A stretch of 64,000 nt of DNA, from assembly GCA_043228905.1 (NCBI GenBank), contig JBHGNT010000043.1, positions 1 to 64,000 on the forward strand, written 5' to 3'. The number at the start of each line of letters is the position of its first letter. Position 1 is the stretch's first letter. Made by a program: the position numbers and the translations under genes. The DNA is from Azolla caroliniana. Lineage: Eukaryota > Plantae > Polypodiophyta. Below are positions 14,231 to 25,861 of this stretch, piece by piece. A model generated the notes under the pieces. The model was not told where the DNA came from. It made no database searches and saw only the letters and a list, made by a program, of their open reading frames with translations.

Positions 14231-15270
14231 CAACTCCCTCCTCAAATTTGGTAATTTCGTCATGTCTCTCGACCTGAGTTTCAAAATCTTGGTTTTTTAA
14301 TTCCATATCATAGCTATCGTTGTTAGCTTCGATTCGCATCTTTGAACCCATAAATCCGATACGACACGAGCCAGGTATGAACATTTTAATTTACCTACGC
14401 GGTCTTCTCAACTCACTCCTCAAATTTGGTAATTTCGTCATGTCTCTCGACCTGAGTTTCAAAATCTTGATTTTTTAATTCCATATCATAGATAGCGTTG
14501 TTAGCTTCGATTTGCTTGTTTGAACACAAAAATCCCATATCAAACGAGCCACGTATGAACATTTTAATTTGGCTACTAGCTCTTCTCAACCACCTCCTCA
14601 AATTTGGTAATTTCGTCATGTCTCTCGACCTGAGTTTTAAAATCTTGTTTTTTTAATTCCATATCATAGCTAGTGTTGTTAGTTTCGATTTGCATGTTTG
14701 AACACAGAAATCCGATATCACACGAGCCACGTATGAACATTTTAATTTAGCTACTAGCTCTTCTGAACTCCCTCCTCAAATTTGGTAATTTCGTCATGTC
14801 TCTCGACCTGAGTTTCAATATCTTGATTTTTTAATTCTATATCATAGGTAGCGTTGTTAGTTTCGATTCGCATGTTTGAACACAAAAATCCGATATCATA
14901 CGAGCCAGGTATCAACATTTCAATTTAGCTACTAGCTCTTCTCAACCAACTCCTCAAATTTGGTAATTTCGTCATGTCTCTCGACCTGAGTTTCAAAATC
15001 TTGATTTTCTAAATCCATATCATAGCTAGCGTTGTTAGCTTCGATTCGGAGGTTTGAACACTAAAATCCGACATCACACGAGCCACATATGAACATTTTA
15101 ATTTAGCTACTAGCTCTTCTCAACCACCTCCCCAAATTTGGTAATTTCGTCGTGTCTCTCGACCTGAGTTTTCAAGATCTTGATTTTTTAATTCCATATC
15201 ATAGCTAGCGTTGTTAGTTTCGATTTGCTTGTTTGAACACAAAAATCCGATATCACACGAGCCACGTATG
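13175..15270. repeat. 6-monomer tandem duplication (1069 bp)
   Basis: The divergent monomer (gaacccataaatccgatacgac) starts at 13175 and 14244. ORFs 13344/14413 are offset by 1069 = 6x178+1. Confidence 0.88.
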
Positions 15271-15490
15271 AACATTTTAATTTAGCTACTAGCTCTTCTC
15301 AACCACCTCCTCAAATTTGGTAATTTCTTCATGTCTCTCGACCTGAGTTTCAAAATCTTGATTTTTTAATTCTATATCATAGCTAGCGTTGTTAGCTTCG
15401 ATTCGCATGTTTGAACACAAAAATCCGATATCACACGAGCCACGTATGAACATTTTAATTTAGCTACTAGCTCTTCTCAACCACCTCCCC

Positions 15491-16916
15491 AAATTTGGTA
15501 ATTTCGTCGTGTCTCTCGACCTGAGTTTTCAAGATCTTGATTTTTTAATTCCATATCATAGCTAGCGTTGTTAGTTTCGATTTGCTTGTTTGAACACAAA
15601 AATCCGATATCACACGAGCCACGTATGAACATTTTAATTTAGCTACTAGCTCTTCTCAACCACCTCCTCAAATTTGGTAATTTCTTCATGTCTCTCGACC
15701 TGAGTTTCAAAATCTTGATTTTTTAATTCTATATCATAGCTAGCGTTGTTAGCTTCGATTCGCATGTTTGAACACAAAAATCCGATATCACACGAGCCAC
15801 GTATGAACATTTTAATTTACTCACGCGCTCTTCTCAACTCCCTCCTCAAATTTGCTAATTTCGTCATGTCTCTCTACCTGAGTTTCAAAATCTTGATTTT
15901 TTAATTCCATATCATAGCTAGCGTTGTTAGTTTCGATTGGCATGTTTGAACAAAAAAATCCGATATCACACGAGCCACGTATGAAAATTTTAATTTGGCT
16001 ACTAGCTCTTCTCAACCACCTCCTCAAATTTGGTAATTTCGTCATGTCTCTCGACCTGAGTTTCAAAATCTTGATTTTTTAATTCTATATCATAGCTAGC
16101 GTTCTTAGCTTCGATTCGAAGGTTTGAACACTAAAATCCGATATGACACGAGCCACGTATGAACATTTTAATTTAGCTACTAGCTCTTCTCAACCACCTC
16201 CCCAAATTTGGTAATTTCGTCGTGTCTCTCGACCTGAGTTTTCAAGATCTTGATTTTTTAATTCCATATCATAGCTAGCGTTGTTAGTTTCGATTTGCTT
16301 GTTTGAACACAAAAATCCGATATCACACGAGCCACGTATGAACATTTTAATTTAGCTACTAGCTCTTCTCAACCACCTCCTCAAATTTGGTAATTTCTTC
16401 ATGTCTCTCGACCTGAGTTTCAAAATCTTGATTTTTTAATTCTATATCATAGCTAGCGTTGTTAGCTTCGATTCGCATGTTTGAACACAAAAATCCGATA
16501 TCACACGAGCCACGTATGAACATTTTAATTTACTCACGCGCTCTTCTCAACTCCCTCCTCAAATTTGCTAATTTCGTCATGTCTCTCTACCTGAGTTTCA
16601 AAATCTTGATTTTTTAATTCCATATCATAGCTAGCGTTGTTAGTTTCGATTGGCATGTTTGAACAAAAAAATCCGATATCACACGAGCCACGTATGAAAA
16701 TTTTAATTTGGCTACTAGCTCTTCTCAACCACCTCCTCAAATTTGGTAATTTCGTCATGTCTCTCGACCTGAGTTTCAAAATCTTGATTTTTTAATTCTA
16801 TATCATAGCTAGCGTTCTTAGCTTCGATTCGAAGGTTTGAACACTAAAATCCGATATGACACGAGCCACGTATGAACATTTTAATTTAGCTACTAGCTCT
16901 TCTCAACCACCTCCCC
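15491..16916. repeat. 4-monomer tandem duplication (713 bp)
   Basis: The 179-bp variant starts at 15491, 16204 and 16917. Identical ORFs at 15821 and 16534 are offset by 713. The markers gattggcatg and ttcgaagg are repeated. Confidence 0.88.
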
Positions 16917-19586
16917 AAATTTGGTAATTTCGTCGTGTCTCTCGACCTGAGTTTTCAAGATCTTGATTTTTTAATTCCATATCATAGCTAGCGTTGTTAG
17001 TTTCGATTTGCTTGTTTGAACACAAAAATCCGATATCACACGAGCCACGTATGAACATTTTAATTTAGCTACTAGCTCTTCTCAACCACCTCCTCAAATT
17101 TGCTAATTTCGTCATGTCTCTCTACCTGAGTTTCAAAATCTTGATTTTTTAATTCCATATCATAGCTAGCGTTGTTAGTTTCGATTGGCATGTTTGAACA
17201 CAAAAATCCGATATCACACGAGCCACGTATGAACATTTTAATTTACTCACGCGCTCTTCTCAACTCCCTCCTCAAATTTGGTAATTTCGTCATGTCTCTC
17301 GACCTGAGTTTCAAAATCTTGGTTTTTTAATTCCATATCATAGCTATCGTTGTTAGCTTCGATTCGCATCTTTGAACACAAAAATCCGATATCACACGAG
17401 CCACGTATGAACATTTTAATTTAGCTACTAGCTCTTCTCAACTCACTCCTCAAATTTGGTAATTTCGTCGTGTCTCTCGACCTGAGTTTTCAAGATCTTG
17501 ATTTTTTAATTCCATATCATAGCTAGCGTTGTTAGTTTCGATTTGCTTGTTTGAACACAAAAATCCGATATCACACGAGCCACGTATGAACATTTTAATT
17601 TAGCTACTAGCTCTTCTCAACCACCTCCTCAAATTTGGTAATTTCTTCATGTCTCTCGACCTGAGTTTCAAAATCTTGATTTTTTAATTCTATATCATAG
17701 CTAGCGTTGTTAGCTTCGATTCGCATGTTTGAACACAAAAATCCGATATCATACGAGCCAGGTACCAACATTTCAATTTAGCTACTAGCTATTCTCAACC
17801 ACCTCCTCAAATTTGGTAATTTCGTCATGTCTCTCGACCTGAGTTTCAAAATCTTGATTTTCTAAATCCATATCATAGCTAGCGTTGTTAGCTTCGATTC
17901 GGAGGTTTGAACACTAAAATCCGACATCACACGAGCCACATATGAACATTTTAATTTAGCTACTAGCTCTTCTCAGCCACCTCCCCAAATTTGGTAATTT
18001 CGTCGTGTCTCTCGACCTGAGTTTTCAAGATCTTGATTTTTTAATTCCATATCATAGCTAGCGTTGTTAGTTTCGATTTGCTTGTTTGAACACAAAAATC
18101 CGATATCACACGAGCCACGTATGAACATTTTAATTTAGGTACGAGCTCTTCTCAACCACCTCAAATTTGGTAATTTCTTCATGTCTCTCGACCTGAGTTT
18201 CAAAATCTTGATTTTTTAATTCCATATCATAGATAGCGTTGTTAGCTTCGATTCGGTTGTTTGAACAGAAAAATCCCATATCACACGAGCCACGTATGAA
18301 CATTTTAATTTGGCTACTAGCTCTTCTCAACCACCTCCTCAAATTTGGTAATTTCGTCATGAATCTCGACCTGAGTTTTAAAATCTTGATTTTTTAATTC
18401 TATATCATAGCTAGCGTTGTTAGCTTCGATTCGGAGGTTTGAACACTAAAATCCGATATCACACGAGCTACATATGAACATTTTAATTTACTCACGCGCT
18501 CTTCTCAACCACCGCCTCAGATTTGGTAATTTCGTCATGTCTCTCGACCTGAATTTCAAAATCTTGTTTTTTTAATTCCATATCATAGCTAGCGTTGTTA
18601 ATTTCGATTTGCTTGTTTGAACACAAAAATCCGTTATCACACGAGCCACGTATGAACATTTTAATTTAGCTACTAGCTCTTCTCAACCACCTCCTCAAAT
18701 TTGGTAATTTCTTCATGTCTCTCGACCTGAGTTTCAAAATCTTGATTTTTTAATTCTATATCATAGCTAGCGTTGTTAGCTTCGATTTGCATGTTTGAAC
18801 ACAAAAATCCGATATCACACGAGCCACGTATGAACATTTTAATTTACTCAAGCGCTCTTCTCAACTCCCTCCTCAAATTTGGTAATTTCGTCATGTCTCT
18901 CTACCTGAGTTTCAAAATCTTGATTTTTTAATTCCATATCATAGCTAGCGTTGTTAGCTTCGATTCGCATGTTTGAACACAGAAATCCGATATCACACGA
19001 GCCACGTATGGACATTTTAATTTAGCTACTAGCTCTTCTCAACCACCTCCTCAAATTTGGTAATTTCCTCATGTCTCTCGACCTGAGTTTCAAAATCTTG
19101 ATTTTTTAATTCTATATCATAGCTAGCGTTGTTAGCTTCGATTCGCATGTTTGAACACAAAAATCCGATATGACACGAGCAACGTATGAACATTTTAATT
19201 TACTCACGCGCTCTTCTCAACTCCCTCCTCAAATTTGCTAATTTCGTCATGTCTCTCTACCTGAGTTTCAAAATCTTGATTTTTTAATTCCATATCATAG
19301 CTAGCGTTGTTAGTTTCGATTTGCATGTTTGAACACAAAAATCCGATATTACACGAGCCAGGTATCAACATTTTAATTTAGCTACTAGCTCTTCTCAACC
19401 ACCTCCTCAAATTTGGTAATTTCGTCATGTCTCTCGACCTGAGTTTCAAAATCTTGATTTTTTAATTCCATATCATAGCTAGCGTTGTTAGTTTCGATTT
19501 GCATGTTTGAACACAAAAATCCGATATCACACGAGCCAGGTATCAACATTTTAATTTAGGTACTAGCTCTTCTCAACCACCTCCTC

Positions 19587-19811
19587 AAATTTGGTAATTT
19601 CGTCATGTCTCTCGACCTGAGTTTCAATATCTTGATTTTTTAATTCTATATCATAGGTAGCGTTGTTAGTTTCGATTCGCATGTTTGAACACTAAAATCC
19701 GATATCAACATTTTAATTTAGCTACTAGCCAGGTATCAACATTTTAATTTAGCTACTAGCCAGGTATCAAGCATTTTAATTTAGCTACTAGCTCTTCTCA
19801 ACCACCTCCTC
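19587..19811. repeat. Rearranged 225-bp monomer containing a 31-bp internal tandem repeat
   Basis: aacattttaatttagctactagccaggtatc occurs at 19707-19737 and 19738-19768, with a partial third copy carrying an extra G. Monomer starts at 19587 and 19812 are 225 bp apart. Confidence 0.92.
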
Positions 19812-20877
19812 AAATTTGGTAATTTCGTCATGTCTCTCGACCTGAGTTTCAAAATCTTGATTTTCTAAATCCATATTATAGCTAGCGTTGTTAGCTTCGA
19901 TTCGGAGGTTTGAACACTAAAATCCGACATCACACGAGCCACATATGAACATTTTAATTTACTCACGCGCTCTTCTCAACCACCTTAACAATTTTGGTAA
20001 TTTCGTCATGTCTCTCGACCTGAATTTCAAGATCTTGATTTTTTAATTCTATATCATAGCTAGCGTTGTTAGCTTCGATTCGCATGTTTGAACACAAAAA
20101 TCCGATATCACACAAGCCACGTATGAACATTTTAATTTACTCACGCGCTCTTCTCAACTCCCTCCTGAAATTTGGTAATTTCGTCATGTCTCTCGACCTG
20201 AGTTTCAAAATCTTGATTTTTTAATTGCATATCATAGCTAGCGTTGTTAGCTTCGATTCGCATGTTTGAACACAAAAATCCGATATCATACGAGCCAGGT
20301 ACCAACATTTCAATTTAGCTACTAGCTATTCTCAACCACCTCCTCAAATTTGGTAATTTCGTCATGTCTCTCGACCTGAGTTTCAAAATCTTGATTTTCT
20401 AAATCCATATCATAGCTAGCGTTGTTAGCTTCGATTCGGAGGTTTGAACACTAAAATCCGACATCACACGAGCCACATATGAACATTTTAATTTAGCTAC
20501 TAGCTCTTCTCAACCACCTCCCCAAATTTGGTAATTTCGTCGTGTCTCTCGACCTGAGTTTTCAAGATCTTGATTTTTTAATTCCATATAATAGCTAGCG
20601 TTGTTAGTTTCGATTTGCTTGTTTGAACACAAAAATCCGATATCACACGAGCCACGTATGAACATTTTAATTTAGCTACTAGCTCTTCTCAACCACCTCA
20701 AATTTGGTAATTTCTTCATGTCTCTTGACCTCAGTTTCAAAATCTTGATTTTTTAATTCCATATCATAGATAGCGTTGTTAGCTTCGATTTGCTTGTTTG
20801 AACACAAAAATCCCATATCACACGAGCCACGTATGAACATTTTAATTTGGCTACTAGCTCTTCTCAACCACCTCCTC

Positions 20878-23800
20878 AAATTTGGTAATTTCGTCATGTC
20901 TCTCGACCTGAGTTTCAAAATCTTGATTTTTTAATTCCATATCATAGGTAGCGTTGTTAGTTTTGATTCGCATGTTTGAACACAAAAATCAGATATCACA
21001 CGAGCCACATATGAACATTTTAATTTACTCACGCGCTCTTCTCAACTCCCTCCTCAAATTTGCTAATTTCGTCATGTATCTCTACCTGAGTTTCAAAATC
21101 TTGATTTTTTAATTCCATATCATAGCTAGCGTTGTTAGTTTCGATTTGCATGTTTGAACACAAAAATCCGATATCACACGAGCCACATATGAATATTTTA
21201 ATTTACTCACGCGCTCTTCTCAACTCCCTCCTCAAATTTGCTAATTTCGTCATGTCTCTCGACCTGAGCTTCAAAATCTTGATTTTTTAATTCTATATCA
21301 TAGCTAGCGTTGTTAGCTTCGATTCGGAGGTTTGAACACTAAAATCCGATATCACACGAGCCAGGTATGAACATTTTAATTTAGCTACTAGCTCTTCTCA
21401 ACAACCTCCTCAAATTTGGTAATTTCTTCATGTCTCTTGACCTCAGTTTCAAAATCTTGATTTTATAATTCCATATCATAGATAGCGTTGTTAGCTTCGA
21501 TTTGCTTGTTTGAACACAAAAATCCCATATCACACGAGCCACGTATGAACATTTTAATTTGGCTACTAGCTCTTCTCAACCACCTCCTCAAATTTGGTAA
21601 TTTCGTCATGTCTCTCGACCTGAGTTTCAAAATCTTGATTTTTTAATTCCATATCATAGGTAGCGTTGTTAGTTTCGATTCGCATGTTTGAACACAAAAA
21701 TCAGATATCACACGAGCCACATATGAACATTTTAATTTACTCACGCACTCTTCTCAACTCCCTCCTCAAATTTGCTAATTTCGTCATGTATCTCTACCTG
21801 AGTTTCAAAATCTTGATTTTTTAATTCCATATCATAGCTAGCGTTGTTAGTTTCGATTTGCATGTTTGAACACAAAAATCCGATATCACACGAGCCACGT
21901 ATGAAAATTTTAATTTGGCTACTAGCTCTTCTCAACCACCTCCTCAAATTTAGTAATTTCGTCATGTCTCTCGACCTGAGTTTCAAAATCTTGATTTTTT
22001 AATTCTATATCATAGCTAGCGTTGTTAGCTTCGATTCGGAGGTTTGAACACTAAAATCCGATATCACACGAGCCACGTATGAACATTTTAATTTAGCTAC
22101 TAGCTCTTCTCAACCACCTCCTCAAATTTTGTAATTTCGTCATGTCTCTCGACCTGAGTTTCAAAATCTTGATTTTTTAAATCCATATCATAGCTAGCGT
22201 TGTTAGCTTCGATTCGGAGGTTTGAACACTAAAATCCGATATCACACGAGCCACATATGAACATTTTAATTTACTCACACGCTCTTCTCAACCACCTCCT
22301 CAAATTTGGTAATTTCGTCATGTCTCCTGACCTGAGTTTCAAAATCTTGATTTTTTAAGTCCATATCATAGGTAGCGTTGTTAGTTTCGATTCGCATGTT
22401 TGAACACAAAAATCCGATCTCACACGAGCCAGGTATCAACATTTTAATTTAGCTACTAGCTCTTCTCAACCACCTCCTCAAATTTGGTAATTTCGTCATG
22501 TCTCTCGACCTGAGTTTCAAAATCTTGATTTTTTAATTCCATATCATAGGTAGCGTTGTTAGTTTCGATTCGCATGTTTGAACACAAAAATCAGATATCA
22601 CACGAGCCACATATGAACATTTTAATTTACTTACGCGCTCTTCTCAACTCCCTCCTCAAATTTGGTAATTTCGTCATGTCTCTCGACCTGAGTTTCAAAA
22701 TCTTGATTTTCTAAATCCATATCATAGCTAGCGTTGTTAGCTTCGATTCGGAGGTTTGAACACTAAAATCCGACATCACACGAGCCACATATGAATATTT
22801 TAATTTACTCACGCGCTCTTCTCAACTTCCTCCTCAAATTTGGTAATTTCGTCATGTCTCTCGACCTGAGTTTCAAAATCTTGATTTTTTAATTCGATAT
22901 CATAGCTAGCGTTGTTAGCTTCGATTTGCTTGTTTGAACACAGAAATCCGATATCACACGAGCCAGGTATCAACATTTTAATTTAGCTACTAGCTCTTCT
23001 CAACCACCTCCTCAAATTTGGTAATTTCGTCATGTCTCTCGACCTGAGTTTCAAAATCTTGATTTTTTAAATCCATATCATAGCTAGCGTAGTTAGCTTC
23101 GATTCGGAGGTTTGAACACTAAAATCCGATATCACACGAGCCACATATGAACATTTTAATTTACTCACGCGCTCTTCTCAACCACCTCCTCAAATTTGGT
23201 AATTTCGTCATGTCTCTCGACCTGAGTTTCAAAATCTTGATTTTTTAATTCCACATCATAGCTAGCGTTGTTAGTTTCGATTCGCATGTTTGAACACAAA
23301 AATCCGATATCACACGAGCCAGGTATCAACATTTTAATTTAGCTACTAGCTCTTCTCAACCACCTCCTCAAATTTGGTAATTTCGTCATGTCTCTCGACC
23401 TGAGTTTCAAAATCTTGATTTTTTAATTCCATATCATAGGTAGCGTTGTTAGTTTCGATTCGCATGTTTGAACACAAAAATCAGATATCACACGAGCCAC
23501 ATATGAACATTTTAATTTACTCACGCGCTCTTCTCAACTCCCTCCTCAAATTTGCTAATTTCGTCATGTATCTCTACCTGAGTTTCAAAATCTTGATTTT
23601 TTAATTCCATATCATAGCTAGCGTTGTTAGTTTCGATTTGCATGTTTGAACACAAAAATCCGATATCACACGAGCCACATATGAATATTTTAATTTACTC
23701 ACGCGCTCTTCTCAACTCCCTCCTCAAATTTGCTAATTTCGTCATGTCTCTCGACCTGAGCTTCAAAATCTTGATTTTTTAATTCTATATCATAGCTAGC

Positions 23801-25861
23801 GTTGTTAGCTTCGATTCGGAGGTTTGAACACTAAAATCCGATATCACACGAGCCAGGTATGAACATTTTAATTTAGCTACTAGCTCTTCTCAACAACCTC
23901 CTCAAATTTGGTAATTTCTTCATGTCTCTTGACCTCAGTTTCAAAATCTTGATTTTATAATTCCATATCATAGATAGCGTTGTTAGCTTCGATTTGCTTG
24001 TTTGAACACAAAAATCCCATATCACACGAGCCACGTATGAACATTTTAATTTGGCTACTAGCTCTTCTCAACCACCTCCTCAAATTTGGTAATTTCGTCA
24101 TGTCTCTCGACCTGAGTTTCAAAATCTTGATTTTTTAATTCCATATCATAGGTAGCGTTGTTAGTTTCGATTCGCATGTTTGAACACAAAAATCAGATAT
24201 CACACGAGCCACATATGAACATTTTAATTTACTCACGCACTCTTCTCAACTCCCTCCTCAAATTTGCTAATTTCGTCATGTATCTCTACCTGAGTTTCAA
24301 AATCTTGATTTTTTAATTCCATATCATAGCTAGCGTTGTTAGTTTCGATTTGCATGTTTGAACACAAAAATCCGATATCACACGAGCCACGTATGAAAAT
24401 TTTAATTTGGCTACTAGCTCTTCTCAACCACCTCCTCAAATTTAGTAATTTCGTCATGTCTCTCGACCTGAGTTTCAAAATCTTGATTTTTTAATTCTAT
24501 ATCATAGCTAGCGTTGTTAGCTTCGATTCGGAGGTTTGAACACTAAAATCCGATATCACACGAGCCACGTATGAACATTTTAATTTAGCTACTAGCTCTT
24601 CTCAACCACCTCCTCAAATTTTGTAATTTCGTCATGTCTCTCGACCTGAGTTTCAAAATCTTGATTTTTTAAATCCATATCATAGCTAGCGTTGTTAGCT
24701 TCGATTCGGAGGTTTGAACACTAAAATCCGATATCACACGAGCCACATATGAACATTTTAATTTACTCACACGCTCTTCTCAACCACCTCCTCAAATTTG
24801 GTAATTTCGTCATGTCTCCTGACCTGAGTTTCAAAATCTTGATTTTTTAAGTCCATATCATAGGTAGCGTTGTTAGTTTCGATTCGCATGTTTGAACACA
24901 AAAATCCGATCTCACACGAGCCAGGTATCAACATTTTAATTTAGCTACTAGCTCTTCTCAACCACCTCCTCAAATTTGGTAATTTCGTCATGTCTCTCGA
25001 CCTGAGTTTCAAAATCTTGATTTTTTAATTCCATATCATAGGTAGCGTTGTTAGTTTCGATTCGCATGTTTGAACACAAAAATCAGATATCACACGAGCC
25101 ACATATGAACATTTTAATTTACTTACGCGCTCTTCTCAACTCCCTCCTCAAATTTGGTAATTTCGTCATGTCTCTCGACCTGAGTTTCAAAATCTTGATT
25201 TTCTAAATCCATATCATAGCTAGCGTTGTTAGCTTCGATTCGGAGGTTTGAACACTAAAATCCGACATCACACGAGCCACATATGAATATTTTAATTTAC
25301 TCACGCGCTCTTCTCAACTTCCTCCTCAAATTTGGTAATTTCGTCATGTCTCTCGACCTGAGTTTCAAAATCTTGATTTTTTAATTCGATATCATAGCTA
25401 GCGTTGTTAGCTTCGATTTGCTTGTTTGAACACAGAAATCCGATATCACACGAGCCAGGTATCAACATTTTAATTTAGCTACTAGCTCTTCTCAACCACC
25501 TCCTCAAATTTGGTAATTTCGTCATGTCTCTCGACCTGAGTTTCAAAATCTTGATTTTTTAAATCCATATCATAGCTAGCGTAGTTAGCTTCGATTCGGA
25601 GGTTTGAACACTAAAATCCGATATCACACGAGCCACATATGAACATTTTAATTTACTCACGCGCTCTTCTCAACCACCTCCTCAAATTTGGTAATTTCGT
25701 CATGTCTCTCGACCTGAGTTTCAAAATCTTGATTTTTTAATTCCACATCATAGCTAGCGTTGTTAGTTTCGATTCGCATGTTTGAACACAAAAATCCGAT
25801 ATCACACGAGCCAGGTATCAACATTTTAATTTAGCTACTAGCTCTTCTCAACCACCTCCTC
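20878..25861. repeat. 14-monomer HOR (2492 bp), two tandem copies
   Basis: Identical ORFs at 21741 and 24233 are offset by 2492 = 14x178. The private variants gagcttcaaa, attttataat, ttaagtcc, ccgatctc, acttacgcg and ccacatcata occur in the same order in each copy. Confidence 0.92.
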
